A stretch of 64,000 nucleotides of DNA. It comes from a virus. Lineage: Duplodnaviria > Caudoviricetes. Below the pieces are notes generated by a model, which was not told the origin of the DNA, did no database searches, and saw only the letters and a program-made list of their open reading frames with translations. The translations under genes and the position numbers were made by a program. The DNA is taken from the IMG/VR virus record IMGVR_UViG_3300014039_000311, positions 1 to 64,000 of that record; one strand, written 5' to 3'. Positions 18,532-27,918 of the stretch are shown here, piece by piece (the first letter of the stretch is position 1; each line of letters opens with the position of its first letter).

Positions 18532-20262
18532 CTAAATAATATCATTTTTGTAGTTATTTTCAATCTCACTTCCATTTAATTCGCAAGAATAGAATCTAAA
18601 TAATCGAATATCCCCAATAAAACTACCAGCAAAGTACTTTTCTAATGGATATACAATAGAAGGATTATCTCGATACAATGGATAAATAACATCACACAAT
18701 CCTTGTGTACCTCCGCCTATTGATATATTATATGGTACACCTTCCTGCTTACTATATAGGTCGTTGAGTTCATGTAACCGCAATATAGGAATTTCCTTTG
18801 ATATCATCTTTAATTTTCCATTACAATAGAAAAACAATTTCATTTTATCTACAGAGCATTTATGCAATGTGACAGAAACAGTATACCATTTGTCGTTATC
18901 AATTATATGACTATTTGTATATTCCTCAATAATTCCTAATCCTTTTTCGTTGTCACAATCTTTAATCAAGTAACGATATCCTATTCTACCATCATCAGTA
19001 ATTCTAAACCCCAATGCATTATTAGCTATATCATTGTTAACAGAATACTTTTTGCTTTCTATTTTCAACAAAGAATCTATATTTTCGGTCGTGCATCCTT
19101 TGTCCGCCCTATTAAATAATGTAAAATAATTTTCCATTTCAGGACATTTTACATTATATAATATTGTTTCATTTTTTCCGTCATCTTTGTTGATGTCAAG
19201 ACCATCTTTCGTGTGATTATATGTTATGAACTTATTATCAGTTCTTATCTCTTCAATGTTAGGCTGATAAATATCGTATCCTTCTTCTGTCGTAAAATCG
19301 TCATCATTAATGCTTTCATCATTGTCGTTCAGATAGCCATCCATAAAATAGTTATGGTAAATATCACATTTATTTTCATTATCAAAATAACCATCCTCTG
19401 AATAATCGTCAGACAAATAGTTGCCAATTTTACATTCTTCTGGTTGCTTCATATACTCAGTATTGATAATTGTATCATCAATCTCTTTAATATATTGGTC
19501 ATTCATATGTTCTTTTATATAAAAATCATCCTTCGTATAGCCGTCTTTGAAATATTTCGAATTATCGATTTCATTAGAATATTCAGTCGTGTAATTTTTA
19601 ATCCATTTATTCTCGGCACGAGTACCTATGAAGAAAAACATACCTTCATTAGATGGGTGAACGGTATTTAATAATCTCTTGTCAGTTATGTAATCTCCAC
19701 ATTTATTTAAAGTAATTTCAATAGTTATGCCATTATCTATATTTGACGGAAGTACCTGATAGTCGCTACATTTAGTCTTGAAAAATCCTTGATAAAAACC
19801 TCCTCTTAGTCTTGCAACACCAATTCCGTCATTAACGGCAATGTTATTACTGTAGTCATATAACATATTATTACCGTTTACTTTATTCAACGTAAATCTT
19901 AAATCATCTTTTTCAATAGATAATGATGAATTCGTGAACAATCTTAAAAACTCGTGATTTGTGATTGAATCCTTATCGAAACTTACGTACCCATTATCAA
20001 CACCTGTGTATCCGATACTATTTAATGTGACCCCTTTATTGACTGCATTTTCCCATCTATAATCCGATAGTGAATATGCCTTGTCCATAAATACGCATTC
20101 AGGGTTATTGAAGTCAATAAACGAAGAAAGACAATGGGTGGTTAATCCTTCATTTAAATTACCCCCTGTCCTATAATTCGTGCTTAGATGAAAGTCCCAA
20201 TAATTTTCTCGGTTAAGTATAAAGTCGAATATATTTCTATTATGCTCAAGTATGTTACTCAT
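18532..20262 (-). CDS. Virion protein with C-terminal LamG/concanavalin-A-like domain
   Basis: KWYTVSV...LFFYCNGKL...ISIGG...FIGDIRLFRFYSCEL..EI..NY. Confidence 0.6.
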   Translation of the reverse strand: MSNILEHNRNIFDFILNRENYWDFHLSTNYRTGGNLNEGLTTHCLSSFIDFNNPECVFMDKAYSLSDYRWENAVNKGVTLNSIGYTGVDNGYVSFDKDSITNHEFLRLFTNSSLSIEKDDLRFTLNKVNGNNMLYDYSNNIAVNDGIGVARLRGGFYQGFFKTKCSDYQVLPSNIDNGITIEITLNKCGDYITDKRLLNTVHPSNEGMFFFIGTRAENKWIKNYTTEYSNEIDNSKYFKDGYTKDDFYIKEHMNDQYIKEIDDTIINTEYMKQPEECKIGNYLSDDYSEDGYFDNENKCDIYHNYFMDGYLNDNDESINDDDFTTEEGYDIYQPNIEEIRTDNKFITYNHTKDGLDINKDDGKNETILYNVKCPEMENYFTLFNRADKGCTTENIDSLLKIESKKYSVNNDIANNALGFRITDDGRIGYRYLIKDCDNEKGLGIIEEYTNSHIIDNDKWYTVSVTLHKCSVDKMKLFFYCNGKLKMISKEIPILRLHELNDLYSKQEGVPYNISIGGGTQGLCDVIYPLYRDNPSIVYPLEKYFAGSFIGDIRLFRFYSCELNGSEIENNYKNDII

Positions 20263-20274
20263 AGGAGTTTTACA

Positions 20275-20298
20275 TATTTATATTATATGTAATAAATA
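20275..20298. promoter_or_regulatory. Crossed divergent pair of TATTTAT candidate late promoters
   Basis: TATTTAT on + at 20275-20281 (29 nt before ATG 20311) and on - at 20298-20292 (29 nt before ATG 20262). Confidence 0.6.
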
Positions 20299-20310
20299 GT
20301 TGACAATATT

Positions 20311-20835
20311 ATGCCAAAGATTATAAAACTTACGAGAAAGCAATTAAGAGAAGCCGATGAATGTGACTTCGATTACATAGATAACGAAAACGATATGCCT
20401 TCGAGCAACGGTCAGACCCAAATAGGAGTAGATGGTAAAATTGATGACACCGAAGGCGGAGACACTTTGATAGGCGATAGGGTTGCAGCATCCATGACAC
20501 CTCAAACATACAGTAGATTTAACAATTACTCCAATGGATATCATCATTGTATGAGAGAAGGGGTTGATGTGAACAATGATAATGTCGATGATTTCTATAA
20601 TAACGATGAACTCGATATTCTAAGCAATGGCGACAATAATGACAACTTGGTTAAAATACCGCAAGGGGTTGATTATAAAACGGATATGTTGGTAAATGCA
20701 ATGAGTAATCTTAATTCAAGGCAACAAGCAATAGTGCTGAATAAAATACTTGAAAACGTCGATATGAATAATATACCTTACAAATGGAAAAAAGAACTCA
20801 TTATGAAATTACTCTCGAATAATAAGGTTAAATAA
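20311..20835 (+). CDS. Hypothetical acidic protein, probable internal head protein
   Basis: N-terminal KIIKLTRKQLRE motif. Confidence 0.5.
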   Translation: MPKIIKLTRKQLREADECDFDYIDNENDMPSSNGQTQIGVDGKIDDTEGGDTLIGDRVAASMTPQTYSRFNNYSNGYHHCMREGVDVNNDNVDDFYNNDELDILSNGDNNDNLVKIPQGVDYKTDMLVNAMSNLNSRQQAIVLNKILENVDMNNIPYKWKKELIMKLLSNNKVK

Positions 20836-20843
20836 TAGGCAAT

Positions 20844-21998
20844 ATGATACACTTACTTTTAGAAGGTGGAAATAAAGACCTTAAAAATAGGCAATTCCCG
20901 TTACCAAAAGGTGTAAGGAAATACTTGGTTGCCACATTGAAGAATTACACAGGGGATAAAGATGTTGACGGATACAAACGTTTAAACAACGTCTTGTCAA
21001 TGAATGGAATAAAATATCAAGAAATGAAACGACTGAAAAATTATTTCGATAGTTTCCAAGGTGATGTTAATTCGGATGAATACAAATTAAATGGAGGCGA
21101 CGTAATTAAGACGTGGGTAAATAATACCTTGAATACGGCGACTACAGCAATAAAGGGATTCAAACAAGCGAAGAAAGATGCGGGCATTGCAAACGCTTTT
21201 ATAAAACCGCATACAAAAGACCGTCAAACGCATAGTAAAATGAAACCTACCGTCACAAAATTTCAGACTAACGATATAACAAATAGTATATCGAATGGTA
21301 ATGGCATTAAATATGAATCGGTAAGCCCTAAAACAATCTATCTATCTGAAAATCAAATAAGATTAATAAAAGAGGCGCAAGACGACGAATTTAGTCTTGA
21401 TGTCTTATCGGGAATAAATTCATTTCGTGGACGTTATAATTATTGCAAATTACATATTGGTAATTCGATAGGTAAAGGTTCTTCGAGGGTCGTCTTCCAA
21501 TTGAGTGATCAAAAGGTGCTTAAATTGGCAATCAATCAAAAGGGAATAGCCCAAAATGGTCAAGAAGGACAAAAAGACTATTATTTGGAACAGATGGGTA
21601 TTGTACCAGAAATATATGATTCAGACGATGAAGGTAAATGGATAGTCACTGAATATGTATTACCAGCAACGGCAAAGGATTTTAAGGAATGTCTCGGAAT
21701 TGATGAAAATACTTTTTATCGTTTCCTTATAACCTCATATGCCTTACGGTATGGTAAAAGAAACCTAGGTTATCTATGTGGTAATAATATGATGGATACC
21801 TCGACATATGAAGAAATGTCGGAAAATGAAGACTTGATGAATTGGGACGAATACATAGGAGGTTATAAACCACCGATAGGTGATATGTTGGTGAGACGAA
21901 ATTATGGAATGACTTTGAGGAATGGTTATCCGACCATTGTGCTACTCGACAATGGTCTGACAGATGAAATATATAATGATTATTACAGGAGACGATAA
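20844..21998 (+). CDS. Two-domain protein with C-terminal protein-kinase-like domain
   Basis: IGKGSSRVVF (Gly loop), VLK, Glu in NGQEG, GDMLVRRN (catalytic D..N), LLDNG; preceded by linker LSENQIRLIKE. Confidence 0.6.
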   Translation: MIHLLLEGGNKDLKNRQFPLPKGVRKYLVATLKNYTGDKDVDGYKRLNNVLSMNGIKYQEMKRLKNYFDSFQGDVNSDEYKLNGGDVIKTWVNNTLNTATTAIKGFKQAKKDAGIANAFIKPHTKDRQTHSKMKPTVTKFQTNDITNSISNGNGIKYESVSPKTIYLSENQIRLIKEAQDDEFSLDVLSGINSFRGRYNYCKLHIGNSIGKGSSRVVFQLSDQKVLKLAINQKGIAQNGQEGQKDYYLEQMGIVPEIYDSDDEGKWIVTEYVLPATAKDFKECLGIDENTFYRFLITSYALRYGKRNLGYLCGNNMMDTSTYEEMSENEDLMNWDEYIGGYKPPIGDMLVRRNYGMTLRNGYPTIVLLDNGLTDEIYNDYYRRR

Positions 21999-22234
21999 TG
22001 AAATAGATTACAATTAATGAGAATAACCTTAGGCATATTGCAAGGGGTGCCTTGAATAATGTGGTGGAAGCCATGGTTGACAAATTCACTCCATATTCGG
22101 AAGCTGATAGAAAAAGGAATTTCAGTCCATTCTTAGGAGGCGACAACAGAACTCCCGAAGAACGTAACCCATCGTATGCTAAGGCGAAGAGGGATGCCGA
22201 GGAAAGAATGCGAAAACGTAACGCTAAAAAGTAA
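21998..22234 (+). pseudogene. Small probable head-cargo gene with in-frame amber at codon 3
   Basis: TAATG-coupled ATG at 21998 reads MK*ITINENNLRHIARGALNNVVEAM...; TAG at 22004-22006. Confidence 0.6.
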
Positions 22235-22278
22235 CGTTACTGATATTTATAGAATAATAAATTAAATGAAGTTTACAG

Positions 22279-22644
22279 ATGAAATCATGTCTTGAGAAAA
22301 GAAGTATGGAAGAACGTCACGTGGAAGAGGTGCGTTCCGATTATAATAGAGAGGATCAATATTCAGTAACACATACTGATGCCTTGGCAACAGGCGATGC
22401 ACAAGGTAAAGGTACTGGTTATGGTGGACACACATTCTCATTACCGAACTGTAATGGTACACTAAACGTCATCAGTTATACTAATTTCGATACTGCCATC
22501 AGCAGTGGGCCTGGTAATAAAGACGATAATGAGGCAAGAAATACCGCTTTGGCTCGAAGCCTTTACAATCAAGAGAATATTTATTCGGCAAAATTAGTGG
22601 ATACGTCAGAAAATGTAAGAGAAGGTCAGTATCAGACACGGTAA
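22279..22644 (+). CDS. Hypothetical protein
   Basis: 121-aa ORF preceded by TATTTAT (22244-22250) and followed by a terminator. Confidence 0.6.
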   Translation: MKSCLEKRSMEERHVEEVRSDYNREDQYSVTHTDALATGDAQGKGTGYGGHTFSLPNCNGTLNVISYTNFDTAISSGPGNKDDNEARNTALARSLYNQENIYSAKLVDTSENVREGQYQTR

Positions 22645-22665
22645 TATAATTGGTTAAATGATATT

Positions 22666-22702
22666 AGTCATCCTATTTATTCTATAATGGGGTGACTTTT
22701 TT
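22666..22702 (+). terminator. Rho-independent terminator
   Basis: AGTCATCCTATT...AATGGGGTGACT followed by a T-tract. Confidence 0.65.
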
Positions 22703-22733
22703 GTCTACCTTTATAATTTAGATTAATTTTAAA

Positions 22734-23717
22734 ATGGCAATATTCGGAGATATTATAGATAAATTGTTATTAAATGAAGATGTATCCATCAGCGAGGTCA
22801 ACGATGTGATAGATCGTCATAAACGGGTTATTATCAATTATCATACAAAAGGTGAAGATAAAAATACGGGTGCAAGAGTTATTGAAGTGTATGCCTATGG
22901 TTTAACTAAGGCAGGCAATCCTGTTATAAGATGTTTCCAACCCTATGGCGATACAACATCACGTGTCCCTAGTTGGAAATTCTTCCGATTGGATAGAATA
23001 TCAGCATGGAAAGAAACGAATCAGACATTCGATAGACCTGCGGATTTCTTTTATAAGGGTTTAGGCGACTTTAACCCAAATGGGGACGACACGATGAGCG
23101 TCGTATACAAAATCGCCAAGTTTGGAAATGAAAATATCGTAAATACCGAATTACATACTCCATCAAAAGGACCACGTATGAAAGCCTCCACCGATAAAGA
23201 TAATGGCACTTACAAGACCGATACCGAGCGTGGAATGGAAAGACTAAGGCAACAATTGCAAAATCCAATCAAGTTGTCTGATATTAAGACTAAGAATGGC
23301 TTTAAAAATCTCGACACACCTTCATCGAACGATACTGGTCCTAAATTGAAAGAACCTACTGAAAAGGTGAAAGATAATAATAATAATAATATAAAGTCTC
23401 CTTCCGAACAGCCTTACAAGACCGATACCGAGCGTGGAATGGAAAGACTAAGGCAACAATTGCAAAATCCAAGGAAAATCGACTTGGATAAACTAAGAAG
23501 TCGATTAGGTGATACATCAAAACCAATAAAGTATTCCGATTTGGTTAAACGTGTCAAAGGCATCGACAACGACGATAATGATGAAATGAATAAAGTAACA
23601 AATGACCACCCGGCTGTTGAGCCTTACAAGACCGATACCGAGCGTGGAATGGAAAGACTAAGGCAACAATTGCAAAATCCAAGGAAAATCGATTTGGATA
23701 AACTAAAAAAGAAATAA
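22734..23717 (+). CDS. WYL-domain-like protein with C-terminal triple repeat
   Basis: IINY...RVIEVYAYG...WKFFRLDRI; three copies of YKTDTERGMERLRQQLQNP. Confidence 0.65.
   Translation: MAIFGDIIDKLLLNEDVSISEVNDVIDRHKRVIINYHTKGEDKNTGARVIEVYAYGLTKAGNPVIRCFQPYGDTTSRVPSWKFFRLDRISAWKETNQTFDRPADFFYKGLGDFNPNGDDTMSVVYKIAKFGNENIVNTELHTPSKGPRMKASTDKDNGTYKTDTERGMERLRQQLQNPIKLSDIKTKNGFKNLDTPSSNDTGPKLKEPTEKVKDNNNNNIKSPSEQPYKTDTERGMERLRQQLQNPRKIDLDKLRSRLGDTSKPIKYSDLVKRVKGIDNDDNDEMNKVTNDHPAVEPYKTDTERGMERLRQQLQNPRKIDLDKLKKK
23209..23706 (+). repeat. Three identical 60-bp in-frame repeats (23209-23268, 23413-23472, 23623-23682)
   Basis: cttacaagaccgataccgagcgtggaatggaaagactaaggcaacaattgcaaaatccaa in three copies; copies 2 and 3 share about 87 bp with one mismatch. 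Confidence 0.9.
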
Positions 23718-23772
23718 TTGAAATTATGAAGGTTACTACATTATATTAAATAATAATAGTATAATTAGACAA

Positions 23773-24474
23773 ATGGCAAATGACACACTAAAACGAATGT
23801 TGGAAATCAGCAAGAAAGTTGACCAACAAGTCGCATCGGGTAATGCTCAACAACCACAACAAAGAAAAATGAATTTGGAGGAGCAGCTCAAGACTTATGA
23901 TGACCAAGTATTTGGTAAATACGTACCGAGTGAGAAAGAGAAGAAACAATATTCAGCCGAAGCCGAGATGAAGTTAATAAAGGAAAGAGCTTCCCGTTCA
24001 AATAATGGATATAATCATAATACGAAAGTCCCTAACAGAATACTTGAATCAATATTGAATAATCCTTGTGAACTTGATGCCAATATGTATGAAGACAATA
24101 ATATGACGGAGTTCACCAAGAAATTAAGTCAACGAATACCAGGTATCAAAAACGTACAAGATATACAAAAAAAATTAGAGGAGAGCGATAAACAGAGTCA
24201 ATCAACAAAAATAGCAGAACAAAAACAAATCGTCAATACTAATGATAATTCTACGGTAATAGATTACTCGCTAATTAAGACTATTGTAGAAAGTGTTATA
24301 AATGAAAAATTAGGTAATCTAAAAGAAACGTTGTTGAATGAAGGGATTTCGCATAATGATGAACTTGGTAATTTAAAGGCGATGAAAATGGGTAATAAAT
24401 TTTTATTTTTGGATGATAACAACAATGTTTATGAATGCCAAATGAAATATATTGGTAAGAATAAAAAGAAATAA
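23773..24474 (+). CDS. Hypothetical protein
   Basis: 233-aa ORF containing IKTIVESVINE...LLNE motifs. Confidence 0.6.
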   Translation: MANDTLKRMLEISKKVDQQVASGNAQQPQQRKMNLEEQLKTYDDQVFGKYVPSEKEKKQYSAEAEMKLIKERASRSNNGYNHNTKVPNRILESILNNPCELDANMYEDNNMTEFTKKLSQRIPGIKNVQDIQKKLEESDKQSQSTKIAEQKQIVNTNDNSTVIDYSLIKTIVESVINEKLGNLKETLLNEGISHNDELGNLKAMKMGNKFLFLDDNNNVYECQMKYIGKNKKK

Positions 24475-24491
24475 TACAAATGGTGATACTA

Positions 24492-25280
24492 TCAATTAGT
24501 ATCACCATCATTTTTATTAAACAGTTCTATTATCTTTGTTATCAATTTATCTCTTACAATATCATCATTATTGAATTTGGTAACAGCCACTTCATCCAAT
24601 GGAGACAATACCCTCGCAGCATAGCTTAATCCTTCGATTGATTTATTCTTACGAATATCAGTACGTGAAATCTGTTTATCATCCCCACTAATTACGAATT
24701 TACAGTCGTGACCACCCTTTCTCGTTAATAATAACAATATATCGTCTTTTGACAGGTCCTCAGCTTCTTCAACAAGACATATGCAATTCTCAAAAGTCTT
24801 ACCTTTCACATAATTAATTATCTCAAAATTAATTATTCCTTTCGTTATCAGATTGCCCAATAAACAATCGCAATCGGTATTACCAGAAGCTTCTAGAATC
24901 TTACGGATATTGTTTAATGCGTTTTGAATATAAGGTTCTATTTTTTCTTCATAAGTTCCTTTCAAAAAACCGATAGATAGACTATGGGTCGATTCACAAG
25001 GATTGACAAAAATAAAAATTTTCTTGAAACGTTCACTCTCAGTTATTAATAACTTTAATGATGTAGCCAATGATAAATACGTTTTTCCTGTACCAGCAGC
25101 ACCTACACCAAAACAAATTTCTTTACTATTATCTTTTAGTGAATTTACGAAATCCTTTTGTTTATTGTTTTTACAGCTTAATTTTATTTTATAGTCAATA
25201 ACAGACTCCCTTTCTTTATTAATCGCTTTTTCGTTCTGTATACTATCAGTAGATTTAATCGAGGTCTTTTTTCTTGCCAT
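24492..25280 (-). CDS. phoH: PhoH-like ATPase
   Basis: GAAGTGKT Walker A, IGFLKGTYEEKIEPY, KGKTF, LLLTR, SGDDKQ, DIVR. Confidence 0.85.
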   Translation of the reverse strand: MARKKTSIKSTDSIQNEKAINKERESVIDYKIKLSCKNNKQKDFVNSLKDNSKEICFGVGAAGTGKTYLSLATSLKLLITESERFKKIFIFVNPCESTHSLSIGFLKGTYEEKIEPYIQNALNNIRKILEASGNTDCDCLLGNLITKGIINFEIINYVKGKTFENCICLVEEAEDLSKDDILLLLTRKGGHDCKFVISGDDKQISRTDIRKNKSIEGLSYAARVLSPLDEVAVTKFNNDDIVRDKLITKIIELFNKNDGDTN

Positions 25281-25338
25281 AAACAAATAATTAGTAAATA
25301 TTAACAATCATAAATATAACCCGTAGACAATAAAGTAG

Positions 25339-25346
25339 TACATTTG
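25339..25346 (+). promoter_or_regulatory. Bacteroidetes-type promoter for the nucleotide-metabolism block
   Basis: TACATTTG, 21 nt before ATG 25368. Confidence 0.55.
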
Positions 25347-25367
25347 CAATGTTAAAAAGAAATTAAA

Positions 25368-26000
25368 ATGATTACTGAAGAAAAACTTAATTCAAATTTT
25401 GTGCAGTGGGTTGAAAGACTCAAGAAGTATGGTTGTTATTCCGAGGAAATGATAAGTGAAATCGGTGATAAACTTAAAAGGGCAAGCTTCACTCTATCGA
25501 CTGTCAGCGGCTGTGCATATGACGGCAGTATGATAGATACCGTCTTGAATCATCTATGTGTGATTGCTTACCATATTAATGAGGATGCTTTCGGTTTAAA
25601 TGTGAAACAACGAATGAAGCACCCATTTTTGAAAGTTGATTCTAACACTTTGATGAAAGTTCTGTTACTACAGCATATTTCAAAAGCTGAAATGTTCGTA
25701 CCTCAGGATCAACAATGGAAAATTAAAAACGGTTATGTCTTCGATTTTAATCCTAATATGGCAACAACATTAAAATGTGGTGAACGTTCAATATATCTCT
25801 GTCAAAAGTATGGTATAAAACTCACAGAGGAAGAATATGAGGCAATCAGAATTATTGACAAAGATGACGATAATAAAAAAGCTGATATGTACGTTAATCC
25901 TTTGTGCCAATTAGTCAAAATTGCAAACCAATTGACGGCAATAGAATGCCATCGTCAGAATGAGAACAAAACTAATAATATTAATAATACTGAAATTTAA
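25368..26000 (+). CDS. HD-domain-like protein with degenerate metal ligands
   Basis: Overall pattern (ERS.YL.Q..GI.LTEEEY.AI...PL..LV..A) typical of phage HD hydrolases, but HD is replaced by QH. Confidence 0.45.
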   Translation: MITEEKLNSNFVQWVERLKKYGCYSEEMISEIGDKLKRASFTLSTVSGCAYDGSMIDTVLNHLCVIAYHINEDAFGLNVKQRMKHPFLKVDSNTLMKVLLLQHISKAEMFVPQDQQWKIKNGYVFDFNPNMATTLKCGERSIYLCQKYGIKLTEEEYEAIRIIDKDDDNKKADMYVNPLCQLVKIANQLTAIECHRQNENKTNNINNTEI

Positions 26001-26473
26001 TGGAAAAAAGAATTCTTAAATATGTAAATAAATCTCCTAACGCTGATTTAACTTACGGAAAATGTGACGAAAACGGTGATAGTGGAAACAGTGGTTTTGA
26101 TTTGTATGCGTGGGTGGAAGATGAATCTATAGTCGTTAAGCCACTTGAAAGAGTATTGGTACATACAGGAATATATGTTGAAGTCCCTAAGGATTGCGAA
26201 ATTCAAGTGCGCAGTCGAAGTGGGTATTCTCTTAAATACGGTATTGTAGTCGCCAACTCCCCTGGTACAATTGATAGTAATTATACTGGTGAAATAGGTG
26301 TAATAGTCCACAATCTATCAAACGAAGATTTTACTATCACTAATGGTGCTAAAATAGCTCAAGCCGTATTATGTCCTGTATACAATGGCTATCAAGTCAA
26401 TTTGGTGAACGTAGCTAAAATAAAAGAAAATAAAGAACGAGGCTCACAAGGTTATGCCTCAAGTGGCTTTTGA
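26000..26473 (+). CDS. dut: dUTPase
   Basis: SGFDL, RSRSG, NSPGTIDSNYTGEI, KIAQAV, ERGSQGYASSG. Confidence 0.92.
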   Translation: MEKRILKYVNKSPNADLTYGKCDENGDSGNSGFDLYAWVEDESIVVKPLERVLVHTGIYVEVPKDCEIQVRSRSGYSLKYGIVVANSPGTIDSNYTGEIGVIVHNLSNEDFTITNGAKIAQAVLCPVYNGYQVNLVNVAKIKENKERGSQGYASSGF

Positions 26474-26478
26474 TTTCG

Positions 26479-26514
26479 AAGTGGTATACTATAACGATGG
26501 TATACCACTTTTTT
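26479..26514 (+). terminator. Rho-independent terminator
   Basis: AAGTGGTATACTAT-AACG-ATGGTATACCACTT followed by a T-tract. Confidence 0.8.
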
Positions 26515-26567
26515 GATTTTATGACAGTATTAACTTTATATTATATAAAGATGTAATATAAAATAAT

Positions 26568-26795
26568 ATGTCAATAACTAAAAAAGAAACCTTAGAGGGA
26601 ATGACCATACAGGATTTGTCTTGCTATTATGATGTCATCAAGCAACAGATAGATAATTGCCTCATACGTTTGAGAATGCCATTAAGCAATGGTGAACTTA
26701 CGAGAATAAACGAAAGACGTTTAAAATATAATCAAATATATGAAGCAATCCAAGAAGAATTAAATAAACGTATTCTTAACATCGTTATAAAATGA
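26568..26795 (+). CDS. Hypothetical protein
   Basis: 75-aa ORF overlapping the next start codon. Confidence 0.55.
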   Translation: MSITKKETLEGMTIQDLSCYYDVIKQQIDNCLIRLRMPLSNGELTRINERRLKYNQIYEAIQEELNKRILNIVIK

Positions 26796-27913
26796 AAATA
26801 TTATCTAAATTACGTTCCTTGTTCTATGGTCTATTTTATGGAATGAAAACGACCGAAGACATTCTTTTTAAGCAAAGTGGGGCATCACATCAATTAGACG
26901 GTATGACAATTCAACAGAAAGTACAAGATAACCGAGTATCCAAGGCATTGCTTCGAGGTGAATTGACGCAAGCTGTCGAGGAGCTTAGAGACCGCACATA
27001 CCGTGTCGACCGTGAAGCCAAGAATTACGAATACTATACACCGATGTTGGCAATGCGTCGTGAAAAAATGGATACAAAATTTGTAAAATGTTGGAATGAC
27101 GATAATCTTGACATTGTTACCATACAGCCTAACGAAATAAATGACGACGGTATTAATCAAGTAAGTGTCGATCATGAAGGGGTGTATAAAGGTTATGAAT
27201 TATTCAAACATAATCAAAATTATAGCATCAAGTTGACAAGAGGCGATTTTACTCCAAGGTATTATATCGAAGAATACATAAAACGTGTCGTAGTTCGTAA
27301 AATTGACGATACCCATTCAATGCTTGACTTGTACATATCAAAATACCCAGATAGCAAGGATTTCAAATCAAAAGGTCTCATTAAAGAAATTGAGAAAATT
27401 AAAAACGAGAAATTACGTTCTGACATCATTGACATAAATACATTATCTTTTGTCACGAATCATGCATACAAATACGACAATATGTTTAAGTTCGAATTTG
27501 ATAATCTACATTTGTCATATATAAATGAATATGATGGTTTCTATGTAGTCAGTCTTAAATCACGAAATGTCAAAAACGGAATTGATTTAATGAAAAAATA
27601 TTATAGTAAATCAATGGATGATAAATACAAGTCAAAGACGAAGAAAGAGATTATATTGAATCCATTTGGTGAGACTGATTATATAAAGACATATAAATGT
27701 GAGCACTGCGGTAAAACAATAGAATATAATACGGAAGAAGTCGATTATCTGCCTATATTTAAACCAAAGGATATATTTGATGATGAAACAAAGGCTAATG
27801 AAATTTCACCTACCGAATATTTGGATGCCCAAATTTGTGAACAGACTTTCGGTATTGTTTTATGCCACGATTGTCTTAAAAAATATCTTGAGAATAATAA
27901 AAATACGAAATAG
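26792..27913 (+). CDS. Hypothetical protein with C-terminal zinc-binding Cys pairs
   Basis: 373 aa; CEHC...CHDC. Confidence 0.6.
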   Translation: MKILSKLRSLFYGLFYGMKTTEDILFKQSGASHQLDGMTIQQKVQDNRVSKALLRGELTQAVEELRDRTYRVDREAKNYEYYTPMLAMRREKMDTKFVKCWNDDNLDIVTIQPNEINDDGINQVSVDHEGVYKGYELFKHNQNYSIKLTRGDFTPRYYIEEYIKRVVVRKIDDTHSMLDLYISKYPDSKDFKSKGLIKEIEKIKNEKLRSDIIDINTLSFVTNHAYKYDNMFKFEFDNLHLSYINEYDGFYVVSLKSRNVKNGIDLMKKYYSKSMDDKYKSKTKKEIILNPFGETDYIKTYKCEHCGKTIEYNTEEVDYLPIFKPKDIFDDETKANEISPTEYLDAQICEQTFGIVLCHDCLKKYLENNKNTK

Positions 27914-27918
27914 TATAA

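Noticed and set aside
23209-23706. CRISPR array interpretation of the three identical repeats
   Set aside because: Repeats are 60 bp with about 150-bp gaps, in frame within a protein, and no cas genes are present
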